A DNA stretch of 64,000 nt from Myxococcota bacterium (GTDB lineage: Bacteria; Myxococcota_A; UBA9160; UBA6930). The notes beneath the pieces are model-generated. The model was not told the origin of the DNA, did no database searches, and saw nothing but the letters and a program-made list of their open reading frames with translations. Shown one piece after another: positions 36,752-45,757 of this stretch. The translations under genes and the position numbers were made by a program. The DNA lies in NCBI GenBank assembly GCA_965223705.1, contig OZ245015.1, forward strand, positions 608,001-672,000, read 5' to 3'. The number at the start of each line of letters is the position of its first letter. Position 1 is the first letter of the stretch.

Positions 36752-38125
36752 TTGGGTCTGACCCTGATTCGCAAGTCCGCGTCGAACGAGCCGGTGGAAT
36801 CACCCCACATCGCCCTGGTCCTGGCGGGCGGCGCGGTGACCGGCGGCGCTTTCAAGGTGGGAGGCTTGCTCGCACTCGATCACTACTTGGACGAGCGCAA
36901 GATCACGGACCTCGACACCTACGTCGGCCTGTCGGCCGGCGCGTTCCTCGCCGTGACCTTGGCCGCCGGGATCTCGCCCCGGGAGATGGTGAGGGTCCTC
37001 GAAGGGTCGAGTCGCCGTTTCTCGCAACTGCGTCCCCTCGATTTCTATCGTCCCAACCTGCGTGAGTTCGTGGCGCGGCCCCTCCGCTTCGCGTTGTCGG
37101 CCGCCGGATTCCTCCCCGGTGTGTTGCTCGATCTCGTCCGCGGTATCCCGCAGCTCGGGACTACCTTGTTGCCCTCGCTGCGCGCGTTCGTCGCAGAACC
37201 GACCTACGCGAATGCGGAACGGGTGGTGCTCGGTTGGCTCGAGACGCTGCCCCCTTCCCGACGGTTGCCGTCGTTGGCCACGCTCGCCCCGACGGGGCTA
37301 TTCGACAACAGCGGTCTCGAGCAGTGGCTTCGCCACAATTTGGCGCGAATCGATCTACCGAATGATTTCGCGGAGTTCGAAGCCGCGAGAAACCGGCGCT
37401 TGTATCTGACGGCCTGCGACCTCGATTCCGCGGAGCGCGTGATCTTCGGAGCGGATGAACGCTCCGACGTGCGAATTACCGAAGCCGTCCAGGCGTCGAC
37501 GGCATTGCCGCTTTTCTATCGACCGCCTCGGATCGATGGCGCGGACTACGTCGACGGCGGGGTTCGGCACACCGCGAACATCGACGTGGCGATCGACAAG
37601 GGCGCGGATCTCATCATCTGTTACAACCCGTTCCGACCGTTCAACAACCGCTCGGAGGCGCTGGCCGAGCTGGCGGACGACGACGCCTTCCTCAAGGATC
37701 GCGGGCTCCCGGTCGTGCTCAATCAGGTGTTCCGCACGCTGCTTCATTCGCGACTCGACCTCGGCTTGGAACGCTACGCGAGCGATGAGGATTTCCGCGG
37801 GGACATCGTCTTGATCGAGCCCGAGGAGAGCGATGCCGATTTCTTCGGCGTGAACCCGATGGCCTTCTGGCGCAGAGCGGAATCGATTCGGCACGGCTTT
37901 GAATCGGCCCGCCGGAGCATCGAAGAAAACCTGCCGGAACTGACCGCCGTCTTCGGCCGTTACGGGCTCGCCCTCGACCCGAAGAACGCCCGCCGTGAGG
38001 CGGCGCGCTTGCGTCGCAAGAAGGGCTGGCAGTTGGCGGCCGAAGACTCCGAAGCGGCCGAGCAACCGTCGCACCTTCGGGTCGTCCCAGGAGCCATCGC
38101 TCCAAAACAGCGTTCTTCACAATAA
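36752..38125 (+). CDS. Patatin-like phospholipase family protein
   Basis: LAGGAVTG oxyanion motif, GLSAG nucleophile elbow, ASTALP, YVDGG. Confidence 0.9.
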   Translation: MGLTLIRKSASNEPVESPHIALVLAGGAVTGGAFKVGGLLALDHYLDERKITDLDTYVGLSAGAFLAVTLAAGISPREMVRVLEGSSRRFSQLRPLDFYRPNLREFVARPLRFALSAAGFLPGVLLDLVRGIPQLGTTLLPSLRAFVAEPTYANAERVVLGWLETLPPSRRLPSLATLAPTGLFDNSGLEQWLRHNLARIDLPNDFAEFEAARNRRLYLTACDLDSAERVIFGADERSDVRITEAVQASTALPLFYRPPRIDGADYVDGGVRHTANIDVAIDKGADLIICYNPFRPFNNRSEALAELADDDAFLKDRGLPVVLNQVFRTLLHSRLDLGLERYASDEDFRGDIVLIEPEESDADFFGVNPMAFWRRAESIRHGFESARRSIEENLPELTAVFGRYGLALDPKNARREAARLRRKKGWQLAAEDSEAAEQPSHLRVVPGAIAPKQRSSQ

Positions 38126-38137
38126 AACGACGAGGGA

Positions 38138-38165
38138 TTGACCCCCGGGGGATTTCTGCTAACTT
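38138..38165 (+). promoter_or_regulatory. Sigma70-type promoter
   Basis: TTGACC-16-TAACTT with extended -10 TG. Confidence 0.55.
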
Positions 38166-38326
38166 CTTCTCCTGGACGTCACGCAATCCGTTTGTCGCTG
38201 CCCCTCGCGCCGGTTTGAGCCCCGTCAACGCCCCGAGCGAATGGCCTCGCCGACGACCATCCCGGGCCTCCCGGAGATCGGTCGGAAGCCAACGGAAGTG
38301 CGGCCCTTGAGGAGACCCTGCCCGCG

Positions 38327-39097
38327 ATGTGCACGTTGATCGCACTGCACGCCTGCCACCCGGACACCCCGCTCGCCATCGCGGCGAACCGGGATGAGTG
38401 GCTGAACCGGCCGTCGGCCGGTTTCGCCGTCCGCCGGGACGGCGACCGGGTGATTCTTTCCCCGAGCGACCTGCAGGCGGGTGGTACCTGGCTCGGGCTG
38501 AACGATGCGGGCGTCTTCGTCGGGCTGACAAACCGGCCCGGAGCCATCGATACGGCGCGCCGTTCCCGCGGTTTGCTGGTTCAGGAAACCCTGCGTGCAG
38601 ATTCCGCCGCCGCGGCCGCGGACCGCCTCGCGGCCCTGCCCGACCATTTTTACAACGGCTTCAATTTGTTCGTCGCCGATCGGGCGGACGCGTTCGTGGC
38701 CGTGTACGAAGATCGGGTCAGCGTCGAAACGTGCGCTCCGGGCGTTCATGTCGTGGGAAACGCCGATCCCAACGACCGCGAGCATCCGAAAGTTCGCCGC
38801 AATCTAGAAGCCGCCGAGGCGGTCGCATCGATGGACCCGGCGGAATGGCTCGAGCGGCTGGGATCGGTCTGTCGTACCCACGTCGGAGAACCGCCCTACG
38901 GCGCGACCTGTGTGCACGCCGACGGCTACGGGACGCGGAGTTCAACGCTTCTGCGGTTAACCGCGGACGGAGGCGGCGAGCTGCGCCACGCGAGCGGCGC
39001 GCCTTGCGAAACGGAATACAAGAACCTGAGCGCGTTCCTGGGCGCGCTGCGAATCGGAGCCGACGAAGCAACCGCTGCGCGGCCTGCGATTCGCTGA
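38327..39097 (+). CDS. NRDE/TANGO2 family protein
   Basis: MCTL, ANRDEW..RP, D..AGGTWLG.N, SRG.LV, YNGFNL, YGTRSST. Confidence 0.92.
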   Translation: MCTLIALHACHPDTPLAIAANRDEWLNRPSAGFAVRRDGDRVILSPSDLQAGGTWLGLNDAGVFVGLTNRPGAIDTARRSRGLLVQETLRADSAAAAADRLAALPDHFYNGFNLFVADRADAFVAVYEDRVSVETCAPGVHVVGNADPNDREHPKVRRNLEAAEAVASMDPAEWLERLGSVCRTHVGEPPYGATCVHADGYGTRSSTLLRLTADGGGELRHASGAPCETEYKNLSAFLGALRIGADEATAARPAIR

Positions 39098-39107
39098 GGA
39101 GGAAGCC

Positions 39108-39434
39108 ATGCGACGAATCGGAAGCAACATCCGCAAGCAAAATACGGACGACAAATCGAAGCGGATCGTCCGGAACATCATTCAGTACACGGACACAGAG
39201 CAGCCGCGGAACGAGTATCCGAAGAAGATCGTTTCCCCCACGCAGCCCGGGTCCTGCTGTAAGGAAGAAAACCGGGTCATGGTCGGTTCCGTCAAGGAGA
39301 TCGAGGGATTCAAGTTCTGTTACAAGATCTGTGAAACCTGCGGTCACGCGGTGAAGTACTACTTCCCTGCCGTCGAAGGCACGAGTACGTCGGTCAAGTC
39401 CTACCGAAAGTGGAAGCGCTACATGGTCCAGTAG
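39108..39434 (+). CDS. Small basic Cys-containing hypothetical protein (possible zinc ribbon)
   Basis: GAGGAGG RBS; CC...CxxC pattern; strong C/G third-position bias. Confidence 0.8.
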   Translation: MRRIGSNIRKQNTDDKSKRIVRNIIQYTDTEQPRNEYPKKIVSPTQPGSCCKEENRVMVGSVKEIEGFKFCYKICETCGHAVKYYFPAVEGTSTSVKSYRKWKRYMVQ

Positions 39435-39447
39435 CGCGCGCCGCGTC

Positions 39448-40824
39448 GTGAGAGATCTCGCGGAAGCAGCGCGCTACCTAGAAGGCCTCATCAACATCGA
39501 GCGTCGCCCTCGGGAGCCGACGCATCGAATGAACCTCGACGCGATCGACTACCTGCTCGAGCGGGTCGGCCACCCCGAGCGCCGCTACGACGTGCTCCAT
39601 ATCGCCGGCTCCAAGGGGAAGGGCAGTACGGCGCTGTTCGCCGAGGCGCTCCTCTCCGGGCCGGGTCGCCGCGTCGGCACCTTCACGTCTCCCCACCTGA
39701 CGAGCTGGACCGAGCGTTTTCGTATCGATCGAAAGCCCGTCGATCCGCCGCTGCTCGTCGACGAGCTCCGCCGCATCGCGCCCCATGTCGATCGGGCGAG
39801 GGCGACCGACGAGATCCGGCCGAGCTTCTTCGACGTTACGACGGCCCTGGCCTTCGCGATCTTTTCGAGAGTCGGCGTGACTACGGCGATCGTCGAGGTC
39901 GGGCTCGGCGGCCGCCTCGACTCGACGAACATCGTTCGCCCGCGCGTTGCGTGCATCACGAGCATCGAACTCGAGCACACGGATCGCTTGGGAAACACGC
40001 TGGCTGCGATCGCTGGTGAGAAAGCGGGCATCATCAAGCCCGGCGTTCCGGTCGTCGTCGGCGACCTTGCCGAAGAGGCGCTCCGCGTTGTGGAAGCGCG
40101 CGCCGAGGTCTGCGGCGCGAGGCCGCTCCTCTGGGGGAGAGATTTCGGGGTGCGCCGACTCGAAACCAATGCTCGTGGCGTGCGCGCCGAGTTGTTCCAT
40201 GGCAACTGCGCCGTTCTGTTTGAGGCGCCCCTTCTCGGTAGCCACAACGCGCACAACGCCGCGCTGGCGCTCACGGCAACGCGGATCCTCGGAGCGAAGA
40301 TCGACCCCGTCGAGGCGGCTTCGCGGCTGGCTGGCGTGGAGCTTCCGGGTCGGCTCGAGCTTCGCGACGGAGATCCCCTGGCGATCATCGATTCGGCACA
40401 CACCGAGGTTTCCTTTTCCGCACTTGCCGAAACACTCGAGCTCTTTCCCGGGCGGCCCCGGGATTTCGTGTTCTCTCTGTCCGAAGGGAAGCGACCCTCA
40501 CTCCTCGGAAGTTTGTTGCGCGGGGCGCGTCGGGTGACGCTGACACGGGCCGATCCCGATCGTTCGATCGATGTCGACCTCCTCGCGCGCGCCGTGCGCG
40601 ACGCGGGCTACCGGGGCCAGCTTTCAAGCCAGGAGGATCCCGAGCTCGCGGTTCGTTCGGCGCTTGACGAGGCGCCGGCGGGGGGCCTGTTGTGTATCGC
40701 GGGGTCCGTCTACCTCGCGGGAATCGCCCGGCGGATTCTCGATCGCGGGACGGCTGGCCGGTCGGCGACACCAAAGCAAAGCGCCCGGGTAGGCTCCTCG
40801 CACAATGTGCGAGGGGAGGGGTAG
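39448..40824 (+). CDS. folC: Folylpolyglutamate synthase/dihydrofolate synthase
   Basis: HIAGSKGKGST, FTSPHL..ER, EVGLGGRLDSTN, EKAGIIK, PGRLE, DSAH, GSVYLAG. Confidence 0.94.
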   Translation: MRDLAEAARYLEGLINIERRPREPTHRMNLDAIDYLLERVGHPERRYDVLHIAGSKGKGSTALFAEALLSGPGRRVGTFTSPHLTSWTERFRIDRKPVDPPLLVDELRRIAPHVDRARATDEIRPSFFDVTTALAFAIFSRVGVTTAIVEVGLGGRLDSTNIVRPRVACITSIELEHTDRLGNTLAAIAGEKAGIIKPGVPVVVGDLAEEALRVVEARAEVCGARPLLWGRDFGVRRLETNARGVRAELFHGNCAVLFEAPLLGSHNAHNAALALTATRILGAKIDPVEAASRLAGVELPGRLELRDGDPLAIIDSAHTEVSFSALAETLELFPGRPRDFVFSLSEGKRPSLLGSLLRGARRVTLTRADPDRSIDVDLLARAVRDAGYRGQLSSQEDPELAVRSALDEAPAGGLLCIAGSVYLAGIARRILDRGTAGRSATPKQSARVGSSHNVRGEG

Positions 40825-40856
40825 CCTGGCCCGGGCGCAGAGGACGTTTCCGTCAC
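40773..40856 (-). ncRNA. Candidate sigma54-dependent small RNA (~84 nt)
   Basis: Consensus sigma54 promoter, GAAA-tetraloop hairpin, long bulged hairpin and U-rich tail; no plausible ORF. Confidence 0.6.
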
Positions 40857-40866
40857 GGCCGTTTAT

Positions 40867-40883
40867 CGCAAGCAGCGTGCCAG
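40867..40883 (-). promoter_or_regulatory. Sigma54 (-24/-12) promoter
   Basis: CTGGCACG-CTGC-TTGCG matches TGGCACG-N4-TTGC exactly. Confidence 0.85.
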
Positions 40884-40996
40884 TCAGCGATCTGCGCTTT
40901 GTGCGCGACAAGCGCAACAAACGAAGCAGCCTCGGATCTCCCTCCGGCGACGGACTCGCAACTCTGCAGCATTCGTCCGACCATCGGCGCACACGG

Positions 40997-41015
40997 GTGA
41001 CGCAAATTGTGTCGC
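40997..41015. promoter_or_regulatory. Imperfect palindrome, candidate enhancer-binding-protein site
   Basis: GTGACGCAAATTGTGTCGC, about 140-160 bp upstream of the predicted sigma54 start. Confidence 0.45.
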
Positions 41016-41096
41016 CGGGTCGCTGCGCTTCGCGTCAAATCGTCTCCCCCGTTCGCTGCGGGTCAGCGTCCGACCCGAAGTGGTTATACTCCGCCC

Positions 41097-41771
41097 GTGT
41101 CGCAAGCCTCTTCTCGGGCGTTCGAGATCGCCGTCTTTTGTGACTTCGACGGCACCTTCTCCGTGCAAGACGTGGGCTCGACCCTCGCGCGCATGCATCT
41201 CGGTGAGCGGCGGGCCGCGCTCTGGGAACGCCTCGTCGAGGGCGAGCTCGATCCGTGGGCCTACAACCAGGAACTGTTCAAGGACTTCGCGCTCCCCGAG
41301 TCGGAACTCGACGCGTTTCTCGCCACCGTCGATCCCGATCCGGGAGCTGCGGCGCTTTTCGCGTGGTGCGAGGGACGCGGCGTGCCGTTCAGGATCCTCT
41401 CCGACGGGTTCGACTACAACCTCGAACGTCTACGCGAGCGCTTAGGCATTCCGTTCGAGTTCGACGCGAACCACCTCCACTACAAGGCCGGTTGCTGGGT
41501 GATCTCGGCGGGGCACCCCGATCCCTCGTGCGGGTGCGGGACCGGAGTCTGCAAGCGTTCGCGCATCCGAGAGTTCGCCGATAAGCATCGAGGCGTGAAG
41601 ACGGTCCACATCGGCAACGGCCGGGTATCCGATTTGTGCGGCGCCGAAGCGGCGGACTACGCGTTCGCGAAAGACACGCTGGCCGAAGAACTCACTTCAC
41701 GCGGTCGAGCTTACCGACCGTTCACAACGCTGCACGACGTCGTGGCGGGTCTCGAAGCGCTCGTTCGGTAG
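41097..41771 (+). CDS. HAD-IB family phosphatase (MtnX-like)
   Basis: FCDFDGT, ILSDG, CGCGTGVCK, GNG..SD, FAK; TATACT 6 nt before GTG 41097. Confidence 0.87.
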   Translation: MSQASSRAFEIAVFCDFDGTFSVQDVGSTLARMHLGERRAALWERLVEGELDPWAYNQELFKDFALPESELDAFLATVDPDPGAAALFAWCEGRGVPFRILSDGFDYNLERLRERLGIPFEFDANHLHYKAGCWVISAGHPDPSCGCGTGVCKRSRIREFADKHRGVKTVHIGNGRVSDLCGAEAADYAFAKDTLAEELTSRGRAYRPFTTLHDVVAGLEALVR

Positions 41772-42341
41772 GCGCAGCAGCGCGTGGCAACGCCTGCGCA
41801 ACTCCGGAACCACAGTTGCCTCGAACCACGGATTCCGGCGCAGCCACAAATTGTTGCGGGGGCTCGGGTGGGGGAGCGGCAAGTAACGGGGCCCGAACTC
41901 TCGGAAGCGTTGCACCGTGTCGGTGAGGGATCGGCCGCGCGACGTCCCCAAGTGGTAGGCATGAGCGTACGCGCCGATGGGAAGAATGAGCGCCAGGTTC
42001 GGTAGCGCGCCGAGTAGGCGATCCATGTAGCGCTCAGCGCACTCTCGCCGGGGCGGAAGGTCGCCGCTCTTGCCGCGGCCCGGGTAGCAGAATCCCATCG
42101 GGATGATCGCGACACGGCGTTCGTCGTAGAAGACGTCCGGTGGGATCGCCATCCATTCGCGCAGACGAACGCCGCTGGGATCGTTCCAGGGGATTCCCGT
42201 TTCGTGCACGCGCGTTCCCGGCGCTTGGCCGGCGACGAGGATCCGCGCGTCGGGATGTGCGCGGAGAACCGGTCGCGGACCGCGCGGCAGCGCCTCGGCG
42301 CAAACCCGACAGGAACGGACCTCGGCGAGAAGAGCGTCCAG
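41697..42341 (-). CDS. Uracil-DNA glycosylase family protein; inferred CTG start
   Basis: LLAEVRSCRVC, GQAPG.RVH, WNDPSG.RLR.W, PMGFCYPG, LPHPSPRN. Confidence 0.88.
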   Translation of the reverse strand: MDALLAEVRSCRVCAEALPRGPRPVLRAHPDARILVAGQAPGTRVHETGIPWNDPSGVRLREWMAIPPDVFYDERRVAIIPMGFCYPGRGKSGDLPPRRECAERYMDRLLGALPNLALILPIGAYAHAYHLGTSRGRSLTDTVQRFREFGPRYLPLPHPSPRNNLWLRRNPWFEATVVPELRRRCHALLRLPNERFETRHDVVQRCERSVSSTA

Positions 42342-42344
42342 GCG

Positions 42345-43073
42345 CTAGCTCTGCATCGAATCGAGGAACGTCTCCGCCTCGGCGACGGATCGCTGCATGT
42401 CGCGTATCAGTGCGGCGACGTCGTTCTCGATCTCGACGGTGTTTTCCTGAATCGAAGCGATCGCGCGGGCGTTCAAGTTGTGTTTCAGGAAGAGCACTTG
42501 GTCGCGGAACGCCAGGAGTACGGGCTCCATCTTCGACTCAGCCCGTCGCATCGCACCGATGTAGCGCTCGTAGCGCTGCTGGGTGTCGACGAGGCTATCG
42601 CGCGAGCGGCGACGCAAGTCTGCACTCTGAATGTCTTGGATCTCGCCTTCCCACTCGCGAAACAGATCGGCGGCGACTTTCTCGATGGACGTGATGCGCT
42701 CGCGCACGTCTTCTGCGCGTTTCTCACTGTCGTCGTACTCGCCCTGGAGTTTCTTGTAGAAGCCCTCGAGCTCGCCCCCATCGAACTTCGTCACGTCTTT
42801 GAAGAGCTCGAGGGTGGTTTGGAACTGCTCTTGTGCCTCGGCCTGGTCTTCTTGGCCGGCTTCGACGCGCGCGCGGAGGATGTGCCGTTTCTGCCGACCG
42901 AGGAGCTGTTCTTGGGCGTCGTAGTAGAGGCCGGAACAACCCGACGTCGAGAATACGGCGAAGAGGGTCGTTGCCAGGCCGAGAGCGACCCATCGACTAG
43001 ACGCGTTTCGTCTCGGCTTCGTCGTGCGGCCGGTGGTTCTCCGCCGTCTTCGGTCGCTCGTGTCCCTGCTCAT
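42345..43073 (-). CDS. DUF2959 family lipoprotein
   Basis: Lipobox TSG-C; YY...G..KR.IL..RV, LF.EW..E, MEPVL..F.DQVLFLKHNLNARAI. Confidence 0.88.
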   Translation of the reverse strand: MSRDTSDRRRRRTTGRTTKPRRNASSRWVALGLATTLFAVFSTSGCSGLYYDAQEQLLGRQKRHILRARVEAGQEDQAEAQEQFQTTLELFKDVTKFDGGELEGFYKKLQGEYDDSEKRAEDVRERITSIEKVAADLFREWEGEIQDIQSADLRRRSRDSLVDTQQRYERYIGAMRRAESKMEPVLLAFRDQVLFLKHNLNARAIASIQENTVEIENDVAALIRDMQRSVAEAETFLDSMQS

Positions 43074-43362
43074 GGTGCATCACCCCCCTGCCCATCGATC
43101 GATCGGGCGCCATGATCACCCAAAGTGCCGCGTAGATCACGAGTCCGACACCGCCGGCGAAAATCGTCGCCAAAACAAAACCGAGCCTGAGCAGTGCCGC
43201 CGGAATGCCGAACTCGCGCGCGAGCCCGCCGCACACGCCGGCGATGCGCTTGTCGTCATCCGTTCTGCGCCAGTCGAGGGAGAACCGCTCGGTCGGCGGG
43301 CTCTTCTTTGCGCCGCAGTGCGGGCACGCGGATGCGTGTGTGTCGTGAGTGAGATCGGTCAT
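42997..43362 (-). CDS. PspC domain-containing protein
   Basis: CPHC, then R..DDKRIAGVCGGLA, LR..FV, IYAALW. Confidence 0.88.
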   Translation of the reverse strand: MTDLTHDTHASACPHCGAKKSPPTERFSLDWRRTDDDKRIAGVCGGLAREFGIPAALLRLGFVLATIFAGGVGLVIYAALWVIMAPDRSMGRGVMHHEQGHERPKTAENHRPHDEAETKRV

Positions 43363-43802
43363 TCGAAGGAACCTCCGGGTCGGTGTCGGTGGGCGGTTGC
43401 GGGGCTATTCAAGGCGTGGGCGAGCGGTGGCAACGCGATCCAGGCGAGCGATAGCCACAGGATTCCCGCGAGCGCGTAGCTACCGGCCGCGAACCAGACA
43501 AGCGCACTCGGGAGATATTGCGCGAGCCACGGCGCGCCTACCGAGAGCAGCCAGACGTAGGCGAGTAGGCACACCGCAGCCGGGGCGGCCGCCGCGGTGA
43601 CCCAGCGCAAGGTGAAGGGCGCCGAGTCACGGCGCAGATCCGAGACGAGCTCGCGGGCCGCCTTGGCCTGCGTTCTCGCGACGAGTTCCTCGGTGGGCTC
43701 CGGGACCGTCCCGCGATGGAGCTCGGCCGCGAGTCGCGAGAGCTGCGGATCGGCGCTGGGCGCGCCGGCTAGAAAATCCTCGAGTTCGCGGTCGTCCGTC
43801 AT
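43359..43802 (-). CDS. Putative anti-sigma-type membrane protein
   Basis: Directly downstream of the ECF sigma; short soluble N-terminus plus two TM helices; GGAGG RBS. Confidence 0.6.
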   Translation of the reverse strand: MTDDRELEDFLAGAPSADPQLSRLAAELHRGTVPEPTEELVARTQAKAARELVSDLRRDSAPFTLRWVTAAAAPAAVCLLAYVWLLSVGAPWLAQYLPSALVWFAAGSYALAGILWLSLAWIALPPLAHALNSPATAHRHRPGGSFE

Positions 43803-43833
43803 CGCGTGACCTCCTCGGCGGGATCGTCTGTCG

Positions 43834-44385
43834 TCATGGCGTGACCTCCTCCGAATCGAGGGCTTCGCGCAAGCGGCCCATGGCCGCGTGGAGGCGGCTC
43901 TTCACGGTGCCGCGCGGAATGCCCAGGAGTTCCGCCGTCTCGGCTTCGGTGTGCCCCTGGTAGTAGCGGGAAATCACCACTTCGCGATGCGCGTCCCCCA
44001 GACGGGCGAGGAGGGCGCGCGCATCGAGGCGCGCGCCGCTCTCGGGCGCCGCGTGCGCCGCCGAAGTCTGCGCGACGTGTTCGCGGCGGCGCCCTTCGGC
44101 GGCCTGCCGTCTCGCCCGATCCCGGCAGAGGTTGTTCGCGATCTGAAACAGCCAGGTCGAGAAGCGCCGCTCGGGATGGAAGAGATGGCGCGAGCGCACG
44201 ACCCGCAACCAGGTCTCCTGAAACAAATCATCGACGTCGCCGTCGACCCGCCTCCACAAGAATCCGTAGAGCGGCTTGCGATAGCGGGCGATCAGGTCCG
44301 AGAGCGCGCGATCGTCGCCACGCTGGGCCGCTCGCATCAGGGCTTCATCCGATTCGGCGGCTCTCGGGGGCGTTGTGTTCTCCAC
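43834..44385 (-). CDS. ECF sigma factor (start uncertain, 44385-44447)
   Basis: SDEALM, DLFQETW, FSTWLFQIANN, E.AELLGIPRGTVKSRL. Confidence 0.92.
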   Translation of the reverse strand: MENTTPPRAAESDEALMRAAQRGDDRALSDLIARYRKPLYGFLWRRVDGDVDDLFQETWLRVVRSRHLFHPERRFSTWLFQIANNLCRDRARRQAAEGRRREHVAQTSAAHAAPESGARLDARALLARLGDAHREVVISRYYQGHTEAETAELLGIPRGTVKSRLHAAMGRLREALDSEEVTP

Positions 44386-44503
44386 GTCGGGAGAAACTAC
44401 CGGACCGCCGTACAACGCCGGTCGGAACCTCATCGCACTTTCGATCATGGCCGTAGTACGCGGCGATCTACGAAGACGTTCAACCCGAACTATGCTTCGC
44501 CCC

Positions 44504-45757
44504 ATGGGGCCCCAGGAGGTCATCGTCATCGGTGCCGGGTGGGCGGGACTGTCCGCAGCGACGGCGCTGGCCCGTCTCGGGAAACGCGTCGAGGTGCTGG
44601 AAGCGGCTCCTTTTGCCGGCGGGCGGGCTGCGAGGGTCGAGGGCCCGGCGACGCTTCGGCTCCGCGAGGGCGACGCACACGCCCTCGCTTGGGTCGCGGA
44701 GGTTTCTCCCGCCTCCTCACCGCCTCGCTTTGCACGCTGGCTCCGCGCAGACCGGGACGACCTTGTCGCACTCTCCGACGACGACATGGCTCACCGGGCA
44801 AACCTCCGACGGCGGGGACGCTGGGGATTGACCCGACTCGAGCGAGTCGCGGCCCGCTTCCGAGACGCCCCGAGCGAACGGTTCGACGACCGGAGCTTCG
44901 CCGATTTCGCGCGCCTCTACCTCGGCCGACGCGACGGCGGTCGCTGGTCGAGGTGGTTCGAAGACGAATGGCTGCTACCGAGTCGCGAGACGTCGCGCGC
45001 GGCATGGCGCGCACTTCTCGCGCGCCGTCGCGGCGGCGTGGGCTACTTGCGTGCGCCTCTCGATTTCTCCTCGCTGCCCTTCGCGTTGCGCCTCGATTAT
45101 CCCGTGAAAGCCGTCGTACGCGAGCGCAACGAGTTTCGCTTGACGGCCGAAGGGCGTGACGACCGCACGGCCGAAGCGGTGGTTCTGGCGACTCCGGCGG
45201 ACGTCAGTGCACGCTTCGTCGCGGGACAAGTGACATCGGCCGAATCGTCGCTGCTCGCCGGCGTTCGCTATCGGTCCGCACTCTCGTTTCACGCGCGGCT
45301 CTCTTGCCCGGCGGGATTCACCTGCTCGGAAATCGCCTTCCCCGGAGAGCGAGCGCCCGTACTGTCGCGCGTCTCTCTCGCCGCGGGCGTCGAGCACGCG
45401 GAGACCGAGGGGCACATCGTGGCCCACGCGCACCCGGATTTCGCGAGGCGCGCCGAATCGATGCCGGACGATATCGCGCTTCGCATCTTCGACGCCGCGT
45501 TGCGGGCGATCCTTCCCGAGACCCTGTGCGAGTTCGACGCACCGTCGCTCGAGAGGAGCCGCGCGCCCGCGTTTGCAGTCGGCCAGGTGCGCCGGATCGA
45601 CGTTCTCAAACGACTCGTCGCCGAGGAACGGCGGTGCGGACGCGCGCTGGCCTACGCCGGTGACTTTCTCACGGAACCGACGCTCGAAGGCGCGGTTCGG
45701 TCCGGTCTCTCCGCCGTCGATGCGCTGTTTCCGGGTCAGCGCGTGAGCGCGGGCTAG
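44504..45757 (+). CDS. FAD-dependent oxidoreductase (amine oxidase/protoporphyrinogen oxidase-like, divergent)
   Basis: VIGAGWAGLSAA..VLEA...GGR, AVVLATP, AGD..TLEGAVRSG. Confidence 0.8.
   Translation: MGPQEVIVIGAGWAGLSAATALARLGKRVEVLEAAPFAGGRAARVEGPATLRLREGDAHALAWVAEVSPASSPPRFARWLRADRDDLVALSDDDMAHRANLRRRGRWGLTRLERVAARFRDAPSERFDDRSFADFARLYLGRRDGGRWSRWFEDEWLLPSRETSRAAWRALLARRRGGVGYLRAPLDFSSLPFALRLDYPVKAVVRERNEFRLTAEGRDDRTAEAVVLATPADVSARFVAGQVTSAESSLLAGVRYRSALSFHARLSCPAGFTCSEIAFPGERAPVLSRVSLAAGVEHAETEGHIVAHAHPDFARRAESMPDDIALRIFDAALRAILPETLCEFDAPSLERSRAPAFAVGQVRRIDVLKRLVAEERRCGRALAYAGDFLTEPTLEGAVRSGLSAVDALFPGQRVSAG

Noticed and set aside
38305..38325. Cobalamin riboswitch 3' end (GGAGACCCTGCC)
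   Set aside because: Upstream B12-box elements are not recognisable, and the match coincides with the RBS.
42345..42347. Pyrrolysine or recoded TAG
   Set aside because: TAG ends many ordinary genes here, and fusing an exported lipoprotein to a DNA glycosylase is implausible.
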